Below are positions 49,056-58,809 of a stretch of DNA of 64,000 nucleotides, one piece after another. The notes beneath the pieces were generated by a model. The model ran no database searches, was not told the origin of the DNA, and saw only the letters and a list, made by a program, of their open reading frames with translations. Location: positions 448,001-512,000 of the forward strand of contig CAWFFN010000008.1 of NCBI GenBank assembly GCA_963815115.1. Reading direction: 5' to 3'. The DNA is from an uncultured delta proteobacterium (GTDB taxonomy: Bacteria; Desulfobacterota; Binatia; DP-6). Position 1 is the stretch's first letter; each line of letters begins with the position of its first letter. The position numbers were made by a program, and so were the translations under genes.

Positions 49056-49160
49056 TTCATCGTCTCGTAACACTTTCGTAACTTCCTCCCCGTAGACGCG
49101 GGCAGGGCCTTCGGAGAATCATCCCGCCGACGCGAGAGCGTAACGGGCGGGTGCTACCCT
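49056..49160 (+). promoter_or_regulatory. Pho boxes and -10 element upstream of pstS
   Basis: TTCAT-N6-GTAAC-N6-GTAAC at 49056-49082; GTAAC at 49140 followed after 10 nt by TACCCT. Confidence 0.7.
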
Positions 49161-49226
49161 CGCGGGATTCCTCCGTGAGCACGAGCGCGGGCTCGAGCGC
49201 GCGGGAACCTGGGGCAAGGAGAAGAG

Positions 49227-50255
49227 ATGCGGCGACGACGGTTCCTTCTGAGCGTGCTCACGGCCGTGGTGGCCGTGGGTGGGACGATGGCCAGCGCGGC
49301 GCTCCTCATCAACGGAGCCGGGGCCACCTTCCCGTATCCCATCTACTCGAAATGGTTCGACGAGTTCCGCAAGCAGTACCCGGCGGCCGAGATCAACTAT
49401 CAGTCGATCGGCAGCGGCGGCGGCATCCGCCAGGTGCTCGAGGGCACGGTCGACTTCGGCGCCACCGACGGCCCGATGACCGAGGAGCAGCTCGGCCAGG
49501 CGAAGACGCCCATTCTCCATCTCCCGACCGTGCTCGGCGCCGTGGTCGCCACGTACAACCTTCCCGGCGTCGAGAAGCTCAAGTTCAGCCCGGAGGCCCT
49601 GGCGGGGATATTCCTCGGCAAGGTGCAGGTGTGGAACGATCCGCTGATCGCCAAGGAGAACCCGGGGGTCAAGCTGCCGGCCACCGCCATCGTGCCGGTC
49701 CACCGCTCCGACGGCAGCGGCACCTCGTTCGTGTTCACCGACTACCTCTCGAAGGTGAGCCCCGAGTGGGAGAAGGGGGTCGGGCGGGGCACCTCGGTCA
49801 ACTGGCCGGTGGGCATCGGCGGCAAGGGCAACGAGGGCGTGACCGGCCTCGTCAAGCAGACGCCGAACAGCATCGGCTACGTCGAGCTGGTGTACACGCT
49901 GCAGAACAAGCTGCCGTACGCCGAGATCCGCAACCGGACCGGCCGGTACGTCGCGCCCACCCTCGAGAGCGTCACGGCGGCCGCTTCGGCGGCGGCGGCC
50001 AAGATGCCCGAGGACTTCCGGGTATCGATCACCGACCCCGCGGCCGCCGAAGCCTATCCCATCTCGAGCTTCACCTGGCTGCTGATCCCGACCCGGATCG
50101 CCGACAAGGGCAAGGGCGAGGCCATCAAGCGCTTCCTCGACTGGATGCTGACGCAGGGCCAGAGCATGGCCGCCCCGCTCAACTATGCGCCGCTGCCGCC
50201 CGCCGTCGTCGAGATGGAGAAGCGGGCGCTGGACCGCATCACGGTGGGAGGCTAG
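49227..50255 (+). CDS. pstS: Phosphate ABC transporter substrate-binding protein
   Basis: GAGATFP; YQSIGSGGG; RSDGSGT; GKGNEGV; YPI. Confidence 0.97.
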   Translation: MRRRRFLLSVLTAVVAVGGTMASAALLINGAGATFPYPIYSKWFDEFRKQYPAAEINYQSIGSGGGIRQVLEGTVDFGATDGPMTEEQLGQAKTPILHLPTVLGAVVATYNLPGVEKLKFSPEALAGIFLGKVQVWNDPLIAKENPGVKLPATAIVPVHRSDGSGTSFVFTDYLSKVSPEWEKGVGRGTSVNWPVGIGGKGNEGVTGLVKQTPNSIGYVELVYTLQNKLPYAEIRNRTGRYVAPTLESVTAAASAAAAKMPEDFRVSITDPAAAEAYPISSFTWLLIPTRIADKGKGEAIKRFLDWMLTQGQSMAAPLNYAPLPPAVVEMEKRALDRITVGG

Positions 50256-50294
50256 GCCGCCACGAGCCACGTCGGGTCCATCCCGCCGCACCCG

Positions 50295-51323
50295 GTGCGC
50301 ACGGGCGTCCCACCGAAGCGGCCCGCGGTCAACGGTCGTGCCCAGGTGCCGCCTCCGGGTGCCGATCGACCAGCGTCACGCTCGCTGCCGAGGCCCGCAT
50401 GGCGGCGGCCCTCCCGCCTCGCAGACCTCGGGTTCCGCGGCCTGGCCGCAGGATTCGCGCTCTCGGTGCTCGCGATCACGGCGACCGTCGGGATCATTCT
50501 CTGGATCGACTCGGCGCTGGCGCGGGCCACGTTCGGCTGGTCGTTCCTGTGGACCTCGACCTGGGATCCGGTCGCGCTGCACTTCGGCGCCCTCCCCTTC
50601 ATCTACGGCACGCTCGTCAGCTCGCTGATCGCGCTCGTCATCGCCGTCCCGCTCGGAGTCGGAGCCGCGATCTGCCTGTCCGAGCTGCTTCCCGTCCGGA
50701 TCGCGGATCCGGCCACCTTTCTCATCGAGCTGCTGGTGGCGGTGCCGAGCGTGGTCTACGGCCTGGTCGGGGTCTTCGTCCTGGTCCCGATCGTTCGCAA
50801 CGTGGGCGGCGTCGTGAGCTCGTGGCTCGGATGGATTCCGCTCTTCGCGGGGCCGGTGTACGGCATCGGTCTGCTCACCGCCGGCGTGCTGCTCGCGGTC
50901 ATGATCGTTCCCTTTATCGTCGCGATCTCGCGGGAGGTGCTGCTCGCGGTGCCGCACTCGCAGCGCGACGCGGCCCTCGCCCTCGGGGCGACCCGGTGGG
51001 AGACGGTCTGGCACGTCGTCCTGCCGTATGCCCGCTCCGGGATCATGGGCTCGGTGATCCTCGCCCTCGCGAGAGCGCTCGGCGAGACCATGGCGGTGAC
51101 GATGGTCATCGGGAACCGACCCGAGATCGCCGCGTCCCTCTTCGCGCCGGCATACAGCATGGCCGCCGTGATCGCCAACGAGTTCGCCGAGGCGACGGGC
51201 CGGCTGTACGTCTCGGCGCTCATCGAGGTGGCCCTCGTGCTGTTCGGCATCACCATCGTGGTGAACGCGCTCGCGCGGCTGCTGATCGCGGGCATGGGCG
51301 CGCGAGGAACGTCCGTCGCATGA
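50295..51323 (+). CDS. pstC: Phosphate ABC permease PstC
   Basis: VPSVVYGL; ALALGATRWE; RALGETMAV. Start uncertain. Confidence 0.93.
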   Translation: MRTGVPPKRPAVNGRAQVPPPGADRPASRSLPRPAWRRPSRLADLGFRGLAAGFALSVLAITATVGIILWIDSALARATFGWSFLWTSTWDPVALHFGALPFIYGTLVSSLIALVIAVPLGVGAAICLSELLPVRIADPATFLIELLVAVPSVVYGLVGVFVLVPIVRNVGGVVSSWLGWIPLFAGPVYGIGLLTAGVLLAVMIVPFIVAISREVLLAVPHSQRDAALALGATRWETVWHVVLPYARSGIMGSVILALARALGETMAVTMVIGNRPEIAASLFAPAYSMAAVIANEFAEATGRLYVSALIEVALVLFGITIVVNALARLLIAGMGARGTSVA

Positions 51324-52177
51324 CCGTCGGCTCGTATCGTCGCCGGCGGCTCGTCGAGCGGATCATGTTCGGCGCCACCGGGCTCGCCGCCGCGGCGACC
51401 CTCGGCGTGCTCGTCTTCCTGCTCGGCTACATCGCCTACCAGGGCGCGTCGTCGGTGTCGCCCAGCTTCTTCTTGAACCTGCCTGCCCCCGTCGGCGAGA
51501 CCGGGGGCGGAATGGCGAACGCCATCGTCGGGAGCGCGAAGCTCCTTCTCTGTGCAGCGCTGGTCGGCATCCCGGTGGGCTTCCTGGGCGGCATCTATCT
51601 CGCCGAGTACGGCCGGGGGTCGATCGCCTCGACCATCCGCTTCGCCGCCGACGTGCTCAACGGCGTGCCGTCGATCGTCCTCGGCGTGACGGTCTATGGC
51701 CTCGTCGTGCTGCCGACCGGCCATTTCTCGACGCTCGCGGGCGGCGTGGCCCTCGCCCTCATCATGATCCCGGTGACCCTGCGCGCGACGGAGGAGTTCC
51801 TCCGCATCGTCCCCGACTCGCTGCGCGAGGCCTCCCTGGCGCTCGGCGCTCCGCAGTGGGTGACCATCGTGCGGGTGGTGATCCCGGCCGGGCTGCGCGG
51901 CATCGTGGCCGGCATCCTGCTCTCCCTCGCACGCGTGGCGGGGGAGACGGCCCCGCTCCTCTTCACCGCCTTCAGCAACCGGTACTGGAGCGAGGGGTGG
52001 TTGCAGCCGACGGCGTCGCTGCCGGTCATGATCTTCACGTACGCCATCGCGCCCTATGACGACTGGCACCGGCAGGCCTGGGCCGCGGCCCTCGTCCTGC
52101 TCACGCTGGTGCTCGGGGCGAACGTCTTCGCCCGCCTCGTCTTGCGGCGAGGCACCGCTCTGGGTAGAGCCTCCTGA
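51320..52177 (+). CDS. pstA: Phosphate ABC permease PstA
   Basis: GGMANAIVG; GVPSIV; REASLALGA; [10 protein letters not shown]. Confidence 0.95.
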   Translation: MTVGSYRRRRLVERIMFGATGLAAAATLGVLVFLLGYIAYQGASSVSPSFFLNLPAPVGETGGGMANAIVGSAKLLLCAALVGIPVGFLGGIYLAEYGRGSIASTIRFAADVLNGVPSIVLGVTVYGLVVLPTGHFSTLAGGVALALIMIPVTLRATEEFLRIVPDSLREASLALGAPQWVTIVRVVIPAGLRGIVAGILLSLARVAGETAPLLFTAFSNRYWSEGWLQPTASLPVMIFTYAIAPYDDWHRQAWAAALVLLTLVLGANVFARLVLRRGTALGRAS

Positions 52178-52211
52178 GCAGGGCACGCGAGTGGCAGCCG
52201 TGCCGTCAGCC

Positions 52212-53003
52212 ATGGAGTCATCCCCCGCCACCACGCCCGCGCTCGACGCACCGGTCAAGATCGCCGTCCGCGACCTGAGCGTCTACTACGGCACCACCCA
52301 GGCGCTCAGCTCGGTTTCCCTCGACATCCCGGAGGCGCGCGTGACGGCGCTCATCGGCCCCTCGGGGTGCGGCAAGTCGACCTTCCTGCGGTGCCTCAAC
52401 CGCATGAACGACCGCATCCGGGGCGCGCGGATCGAGGGCAGCGTCAGCATCGACGGCGACGACCTCTACGGGACCGACGTCGATCCCGTCGTGCTGCGCC
52501 GTCGCGTCGGCATGGTCTTCCAGAAGTCCAACCCCTTCCCGAAATCGATCTTCGACAACGTCGCCTTCGGGCCGCGGGTCCACGGGATGCGCGACCCGGT
52601 CGCGCTCCGCGAGGTGGTCGAGCGCAGCCTGCACCAGTCCGCGCTCTGGGAGGAGGTCGCCGACCGGCTGGGCTCGTCGGCGCTCGATCTCTCCGGCGGG
52701 CAGCAGCAGCGGCTCTGCATCGCGCGCGCCCTGGCGGTGCAACCCGAGGTGCTCCTGATGGACGAGCCCGCCTCGGCGCTCGATCCGATCGCCACCGCGA
52801 AGATCGAGGAGCTGATCCAGGAGCTCAAGCAGGACTATACAATCGTGATCGTGACGCATAACATGCAGCAGGCGGCTCGCGTGTCGGACTACACCGCGTA
52901 CTTCTATCTCGGTCGTCTCATCGAGTTCGATGCCACGAGCGTCCTCTTCACCAACCCGAACCGGCAGGAGACCGAGGACTACATCACGGGACGGTTCGGC
53001 TGA
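52212..53003 (+). CDS. pstB: Phosphate ABC ATPase
   Basis: GPSGCGKST; LSGGQQQRL; DEPASALD; YITGRFG. Confidence 0.96.
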   Translation: MESSPATTPALDAPVKIAVRDLSVYYGTTQALSSVSLDIPEARVTALIGPSGCGKSTFLRCLNRMNDRIRGARIEGSVSIDGDDLYGTDVDPVVLRRRVGMVFQKSNPFPKSIFDNVAFGPRVHGMRDPVALREVVERSLHQSALWEEVADRLGSSALDLSGGQQQRLCIARALAVQPEVLLMDEPASALDPIATAKIEELIQELKQDYTIVIVTHNMQQAARVSDYTAYFYLGRLIEFDATSVLFTNPNRQETEDYITGRFG

Positions 53004-53686
53004 TGCCGCAGCACACGGATCGCGCGTACGAGAGCCAGCTCGGCAAGCTGCGATCGTGCCTCCTCGAGATGGGCGGCCTCGTCGAGGACCAGATCGCGCA
53101 GGCCATCCGCTCGCTCACCGAGCGGGATCCGGTCCTGGCGCACGCCACCGTCGACCGGGACCACACGGTGAACCGCCTCGACGTGGAGATCGACGAGCTG
53201 TCGATGAGGCTCATTGCCCTGCACCAGCCGGCCGCGCGCGACCTGCGCCTCATCACCACGGCCCTCAAGATCACCACCGACCTCGAGCGCATCGGCGATC
53301 TCGCCACCCACATCGCCGAGCGGGCGATCGAGCTCGCGGCCGAGCCGCCGGTCAAGCCCTACGTCGACATCCCTCAGATGGCGGAGCTCGCCAGCAGCAT
53401 GGTCCATCGCAGCCTGGACGCGTTCGTGCGCGAGGACATCGAGCTGGCGCTCGAGGTGTGCGGCTCGGACGACACCATCGACCGGCTCCACGACCAGCTC
53501 TTCCGCGAGCTGCTCTCGTTCATGGTCGACGACCCGCAGGCCATCAGCCGCACCATGCGGCTGCTCTTCGTCTCCAAGTACCTCGAGCGCATCGGCGACC
53601 ACGCCACCAACATCGCCGAGATGGTGATCTTCCTGGTGAAGGGGACGTCGATCCGCCACATGGACACCGTGCCGCGCGAGCTCTGA
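53003..53686 (+). CDS. phoU: Phosphate signalling protein PhoU
   Basis: QPAARDLR; LERIGD twice. Confidence 0.96.
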   Translation: MPQHTDRAYESQLGKLRSCLLEMGGLVEDQIAQAIRSLTERDPVLAHATVDRDHTVNRLDVEIDELSMRLIALHQPAARDLRLITTALKITTDLERIGDLATHIAERAIELAAEPPVKPYVDIPQMAELASSMVHRSLDAFVREDIELALEVCGSDDTIDRLHDQLFRELLSFMVDDPQAISRTMRLLFVSKYLERIGDHATNIAEMVIFLVKGTSIRHMDTVPREL

Positions 53687-53695
53687 TCCGCGCCG

Positions 53696-55537
53696 CTAGC
53701 GTTTGACCAGGGCGAGCGGGCGGACCTCGACGACGGGAGCGACGGCGGCGGGGAAGAAGACCCGCACCGTCGTACCCTGCCCGAGAGCGCTGGAGATGGC
53801 GAGCGAGCCGCCGTGCGCCTGCACGATGTGCTTGACGATCGCCAGGCCGAGCCCGGTGCCGCCCAGCTCGCGGGAGCGCGCCTTGTCGACGCGGAAGAAG
53901 CGCTCGGTGAGCCGGGGCAGGTCCTGCGCCGGGATGCCGATGCCGGAATCCTCGATGGCAATCTCTACCATGCCGGCGTGCTCGGTGCCGGACGCCAGCA
54001 TGCCGCGCACCAGGACGCGCCCGCCAGCCGGCGTGTACTTGATCGCGTTGTCCACCAGGTTGATCAGGACCTGGCGGAGGCGGTCGCCGTCGGCGTGTAC
54101 CGGCGGCAGCCCGGGCACGACCTGCGCCTCGACCACCACCCCGGCGCGCGCCAGCGGATCGGCGAAGATCTGCAGCACGTCGTCCACCGCGGCCCCCACC
54201 GTCACGGCATTCAACCGCATCGGCGTGCGTCCGAGCTCGAGATCGGACAGGGTGAGGAGGTCGTTGATGAGGCGCCCGAGGCGCTCGGAGTGGCGATCGA
54301 TGACGGCCAGGAAGCGCCTGGCGGTCTCCCGGTCGTCCCCCGCAGCCCCGAGAAGCGTCTCCGCATAGCCCTTGATGGCGGTGAGCGGGGTGCGCAGCTC
54401 GTGCGACACGTTGGCCACGAAGTCGCGCCGGATGACCTCGAGCCGCCGGAGCTCGGTGACGTCGTGCAGCACCAGCACGAAGCCGAAGGCCTCTCCGTCG
54501 GCTCCCCGCAGTCGGGCGGCATTCACCTGCAGCGTCGGGCCCGTGCCGGCGCTGAGCGTGACGTCGCGCGAGGCGATCCCGGCTCCGCCGGCGAGCTCGC
54601 GCATCAGATCCCCCAGCGCCGGGTCGCGGCTGAGCTCGACCAGCGGGCGCCCGCGTGGTGACTCCTCGCCCGGCAGCGCCAGCAGATCCCGGGCGCGGGC
54701 GTTCATGAGGACGACGCCGCCCGTGAGATCCGTCACCAGCACCCCCTCGACCATGCCGCGCAGGATGGCCTCCAGCCGTTCGCGCTCGACGCGGAGCTCG
54801 CCGATCGTGCCGCCGATCTGCCGCGCCATCTCGCCGAGCTGGGCCTCGAGCTCGCCGACGTCGTCCGGCCGTTCCGGTGCGAGGTAGGGCGGAGCCTCAC
54901 CCGCGGCGAGCTTGCCGGCGAAGCCGAGAAGCCGCTGCAGGCGCCGCAGCAGGCGGCGCGCGAGAACCAGCGCGACGCCGGCCGCGACGAGCAGCCCCGC
55001 CAGGAGGCTGGCGGCCAGCACCCAGCGCGTCTGGGTGACGGCGTCCCCGACCGAGATCAGCGGCACCGCCGCGCGCACGACCCGGAGGTCGCCGCCGTGC
55101 GCCTGGCGGATCGCCGCGTAGAGCAAGCGGTCGCCGGACGGCCCGTCCGCGCGCACCGCGTGGCCCCTGCCGGTGGCGAAGGCGTCGCGCACCTCGGGCC
55201 CATCCTCGACCCGAGCGGCCGCTCCGGCGGCGCGGGTCGAGTCGCACAGCATGCGTCCGGCCGCACCGATCACCGCCACGCGCAGGCCGGCGGCGGTAGA
55301 GATGCGCGCGCACGCGTCCTCGAGCTGCGTCCCTTCGACCCATGGAACGGCCTCGCCCACCAGCAGAGCCTCCGTGGCCACGCGCTCCTGCAGCGCCTCG
55401 ATCTGGCGGCGCTCGAGCCGCATCCACAGCCACGGAGCCGCCACCAGCAGGACGCCCGCGAGCGCCGCCAGCGTCGGCACCAGGAACTGGAGGGCGAGCC
55501 TAGGACTCCAGCGCGTCGGGGTTGAACTTGTATCCAA
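53696..55537 (-). CDS. phoR: Sensor histidine kinase PhoR (HAMP-PAS-HisKA-HATPase)
   Basis: DFVANVSHELRTPL; NLVDNAIKY; RFFRVDKARSR; GGTGLGL. Probable TTG start overlapping the phoB end. Confidence 0.9.
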   Translation of the reverse strand: MDTSSTPTRWSPRLALQFLVPTLAALAGVLLVAAPWLWMRLERRQIEALQERVATEALLVGEAVPWVEGTQLEDACARISTAAGLRVAVIGAAGRMLCDSTRAAGAAARVEDGPEVRDAFATGRGHAVRADGPSGDRLLYAAIRQAHGGDLRVVRAAVPLISVGDAVTQTRWVLAASLLAGLLVAAGVALVLARRLLRRLQRLLGFAGKLAAGEAPPYLAPERPDDVGELEAQLGEMARQIGGTIGELRVERERLEAILRGMVEGVLVTDLTGGVVLMNARARDLLALPGEESPRGRPLVELSRDPALGDLMRELAGGAGIASRDVTLSAGTGPTLQVNAARLRGADGEAFGFVLVLHDVTELRRLEVIRRDFVANVSHELRTPLTAIKGYAETLLGAAGDDRETARRFLAVIDRHSERLGRLINDLLTLSDLELGRTPMRLNAVTVGAAVDDVLQIFADPLARAGVVVEAQVVPGLPPVHADGDRLRQVLINLVDNAIKYTPAGGRVLVRGMLASGTEHAGMVEIAIEDSGIGIPAQDLPRLTERFFRVDKARSRELGGTGLGLAIVKHIVQAHGGSLAISSALGQGTTVRVFFPAAVAPVVEVRPLALVKR

Positions 55538-56216
55538 CACCGCGAACCGTGACGATGAGTTCGGGGGCGGCATCATCTCGCTCGATCCGCTTGCGCAGGC
55601 GGCGGATGTGCACGTCGACGGTGCGGGGCTCGACGTGCACGTCCTGGCCCCAGACCAGGTCCAGCAGCTGCAAGCGGTCGTAGACCCGGTACGGGTTCCG
55701 AACGAAGAACTTGAGCAGCTCGAATTCCCGCAACGAGAGGTTGGCGGCCTGGGTCTCGACGAAGACCTCGTACGTGTCGAAGTCCATGCGCAGCCGGCCA
55801 CGCTCGAAGATCTCGTGAGGCTGGGGCACGTCCTCGCCGTGCGTCCGTCGCAGCACCGCCTTCACCCGCGCTACCATCTCGCGGGGACTGAACGGCTTCG
55901 TGATGTAGTCGTCGGCCCCCATCTCGAGGCCGATTACCCGATCGACCTCCGCGGCCCGGGCGGTGAGCATGATGATGGGGATGGCGTGTGTCGCCTCGGT
56001 GCTGCGAAGCCGCCGGCAGACCTCGAGGCCGTCGGTGCCCGGCAACATGATGTCGAGCACGACCAGCGCCGGTCGTTCCCCCGCGACCTGGGCCAATGCG
56101 CTCTCGCCGGTGTCGGCTTCCCGAACGGTGTAGCCTTCCTGTTCTAGATGGAAGTGGACGAGCTCGCGGATGTCCTTCTCGTCCTCGACCACGAGGATCG
56201 TTCGCTTGAGTGACAC
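55500..56216 (-). CDS. phoB: OmpR-family response regulator PhoB
   Basis: VVEDE; LDIMLPG; GADDYITKPF; RTVDVHIRRLR; context with pst/phoR. Confidence 0.9.
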   Translation of the reverse strand: MSLKRTILVVEDEKDIRELVHFHLEQEGYTVREADTGESALAQVAGERPALVVLDIMLPGTDGLEVCRRLRSTEATHAIPIIMLTARAAEVDRVIGLEMGADDYITKPFSPREMVARVKAVLRRTHGEDVPQPHEIFERGRLRMDFDTYEVFVETQAANLSLREFELLKFFVRNPYRVYDRLQLLDLVWGQDVHVEPRTVDVHIRRLRKRIERDDAAPELIVTVRGVGYKFNPDALES

Positions 56217-56235
56217 GGATGGCTCTTCGGCAGCG

Positions 56236-56278
56236 ATCGTATCGCCGTGCTGTGACGTTGGCGTTACCGCGACGTGAA
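56236..56278 (-). promoter_or_regulatory. Pho box array and -10 element upstream of phoB (autoregulation)
   Basis: Minus strand TTCAC-N6-GTAAC-N6-GTCAC-N10-TACGAT. Confidence 0.8.
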
Positions 56279-56431
56279 CTTCGGCAGGCGGTGGCCGGCC
56301 AGCACATTGGCCATGCCGGTCCGCCCGCTCGGCCCGACTCCTAACCGGCCCGCGGCCCCTCGGCAACCATGAACCCCGGCCAAGTCCGTGGATGCCTTGA
56401 CTGCCGCCGCACCGTTGGGGAATGAGGGACC

Positions 56432-57181
56432 ATGCCACGGAGGGGTGAGGACGCGGACACCTCGGGCGAGGGTACCTCCTGGATCGTGCTGAGGCACACT
56501 CCGGCTGAAGGCCTGGGGTTGCTGGCCAACGCGCTCCGGGACTACGGGGTCCACCACCGCGTACTCGACGTCCCGCGCGGCGACGCACTGCCGAAGGACA
56601 TCCGGGGCGTGGGTGGGGTGATCGTGCTCGGCGGTCCGATGGCCGTCTACGAGAGCGAGCGCTATCCCTTCCTGCAGGCCGAGACCGCGTTCGTCGAAAA
56701 GATGATCGCCGCCGGCCGGCCGGCGCTGGGCCTATGCCTCGGTGCCCAGCTCATCGCGCAGATCCTCGGTGCCCGGGTCTTCCCGGGCGAGCAGCGTGAG
56801 GTGGGATGGGCGCCGGTCGAGCTCACGGAGGAGGGGCGCGACGATCCGCTCCTGGTCGGCCTCGGCGATACGCTCACCGTGTTTCATCTCCACGGCGACA
56901 CCTACGAGCTGCCGCCCGACGCCATTCATCTCGCGCGCTCGGAGCGCTACGAGCAGCAGGCGTTCCGCCTGGGCGACACGGTCTATGGCTTCCAGTTTCA
57001 TCTCGAGTTCACCGAGGCGATCATCTCGCGGCTCGTCAACGAGCCGGAGGCGCACCGCTACCTCACCGAGGCGGGCGTCGACCCGAAGGAACTTCTGGCG
57101 AAGACGGCGGCGCACGTCTCGGAGCTGGCTGACGTGGCCCACGAGGTCTTCGGCCGCTACTTCGGCCAGTGCGGTCTCTAG
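56432..57181 (+). CDS. Class I glutamine amidotransferase-like protein
   Basis: VLGGPM; GLCLGAQL; HGD; QFHLE (Cys-His-Glu triad). Confidence 0.9.
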   Translation: MPRRGEDADTSGEGTSWIVLRHTPAEGLGLLANALRDYGVHHRVLDVPRGDALPKDIRGVGGVIVLGGPMAVYESERYPFLQAETAFVEKMIAAGRPALGLCLGAQLIAQILGARVFPGEQREVGWAPVELTEEGRDDPLLVGLGDTLTVFHLHGDTYELPPDAIHLARSERYEQQAFRLGDTVYGFQFHLEFTEAIISRLVNEPEAHRYLTEAGVDPKELLAKTAAHVSELADVAHEVFGRYFGQCGL

Positions 57182-58689
57182 CGGGCTCCGGCGCGCTCGT
57201 ACTGGTGGCGCCGCACGGCGGCCGGCGTGACTACGACCGGCGCCCGTGGGGAAGCGCGCCCCTCAAGGTGAACGACCTCCACACGGCGTCGCTCACCGAG
57301 GAGCTGGCGGCCGCCTCGGGAGCCTCGGCGCTCATCAACGACGACCTCGACCGCAACGACACCGATTTGAACCGCCTCGGCGAGGCGCACGAGCGCGCCC
57401 CCGAGTTCCTCCAGCAGCTCGGCGACCTGCTCTCCGCCACGATCGCGCGCCACGGGCACGCTACCGTCCTCACGGTTCACGGCTGGAACGTGATCCAGCC
57501 CGTGGTGGATCTGGGTTTCGGCTGCACGGCGGGGACGCCGGTCGGGAAAGCGGCGGCGGTGTCACCGGCGTTCGCGGCCCTGGCGCTCCCCGCGTTCGTG
57601 GACGCCTGTTCCGTGCGCGGCATCGCGGCCACGCTCGGCGCGCGCTATCCCGCCAGGGGGCGTGAGAACCTGATCCAGCTCTTCACCCCGCGCTACCGCG
57701 ACGACCCTCGGGCGCTGGTCCGCCACCTCGCCGCACTCGGCACGCGCACCAACGCGGTACAGCTCGAGCTCGGCGTCCCGCTCCGCTGGCGGGGTAGATG
57801 GCGGCAACGGCTGATCGAGGCCTGCATGGCCACGCTGCCGGCGCTTGTCGCGGAACCCGGGCCGGCCACCGCGAACCCGTCTTCGATCGTGCCCCACGCG
57901 GCCAAGCCGCGCCGGTACACCCTCGAGATCACCGCCGATGGTACGAGCGGGCTCATCGCGCTCGACGCGGCCGGCGCTCGGCTCCTGCTGTTTCCCCCCG
58001 AGGGCGGTCTGGCGCTCTTCACGGGCGAGCGCACGGGGGGAGAGGACTCGGCACGGGTCGGCGGCTTGCGCATCGTTGCGGGAGCACCCGGTGCCCTGCA
58101 GGTGCGCTTCACCGGACCCATGCTCCGGTTCCCGGACACGACGCCGTTCCTCGATCTGGAGCGCGGCATGGCCGGTGCGGCGCTCGTCGAGCACGCCGAC
58201 GTGGCGCTCGACTTCCTCGCCGTCCATGCCGGCGGGAGCGACGTGGCGGAGTTCGGCGTCGTGCGCGGGCGGGCCACGCTGGACGGCCGCACGCTGCATC
58301 TCGACGGCCGTGGCTTCGCGTCGGCCGGCGCGAGCGCCGCCCCGTGGCCGCGCGTACGCGCGAGCCTCGACCTCGGGGGCGGCGACCGGCTGTCGGTTCT
58401 GCTCGACCTGGCCACGTCCGATGCCAGCGGCTTCCTCTGTCGCGCCGGCCAGCACCTTCCCGTCGTGAGCGCGAGCGCACGGCTCGGCGATGGCGAGGAT
58501 CCGCTCTCCGGCTTCGCGCTCGACGTCGAGGTCGCGGGCGGCGAGCGCCTGGCCCTCCGACCGGAGCCGGTACGTCGCCTTCCCGTCGTCCGCGGCGGGG
58601 CGCCCGTCCCCATCCGGCTGCTCTACGCCTCGTGCCGCCTCCCGGGCGTCGCCGGGCCTGCGGGGTGGTGCGAGATCGGGGGAATCTGA
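57169..58689 (+). CDS. Hypothetical protein with N-terminal amidohydrolase-like domain (N-formylglutamate / poly-gamma-glutamate hydrolase-like)
   Basis: VAPHGG; ND.HT; TVHG; QLELG; overlaps the GATase stop; C-terminal half unassigned. Confidence 0.55.
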   Translation: MRSLAGSGALVLVAPHGGRRDYDRRPWGSAPLKVNDLHTASLTEELAAASGASALINDDLDRNDTDLNRLGEAHERAPEFLQQLGDLLSATIARHGHATVLTVHGWNVIQPVVDLGFGCTAGTPVGKAAAVSPAFAALALPAFVDACSVRGIAATLGARYPARGRENLIQLFTPRYRDDPRALVRHLAALGTRTNAVQLELGVPLRWRGRWRQRLIEACMATLPALVAEPGPATANPSSIVPHAAKPRRYTLEITADGTSGLIALDAAGARLLLFPPEGGLALFTGERTGGEDSARVGGLRIVAGAPGALQVRFTGPMLRFPDTTPFLDLERGMAGAALVEHADVALDFLAVHAGGSDVAEFGVVRGRATLDGRTLHLDGRGFASAGASAAPWPRVRASLDLGGGDRLSVLLDLATSDASGFLCRAGQHLPVVSASARLGDGEDPLSGFALDVEVAGGERLALRPEPVRRLPVVRGGAPVPIRLLYASCRLPGVAGPAGWCEIGGI

Positions 58690-58809
58690 CCGGCGGGGCA
58701 GCGCTCGTGCACGGCTGCCATGGTCGTGCACCTCCGCTTCCGGGCGGTCTCACAAGCTCTCGGTATCCCTGGGGCTTTACCGGGCACCCCCATTGCTCGT
58801 AAGTAACCC

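Noticed and set aside
49151-52177. 1008-aa ORF as a fused Pst protein
   Set aside because: Only 51320-52177 (pstA) is real; the upstream part is off-frame over pstS and pstC.
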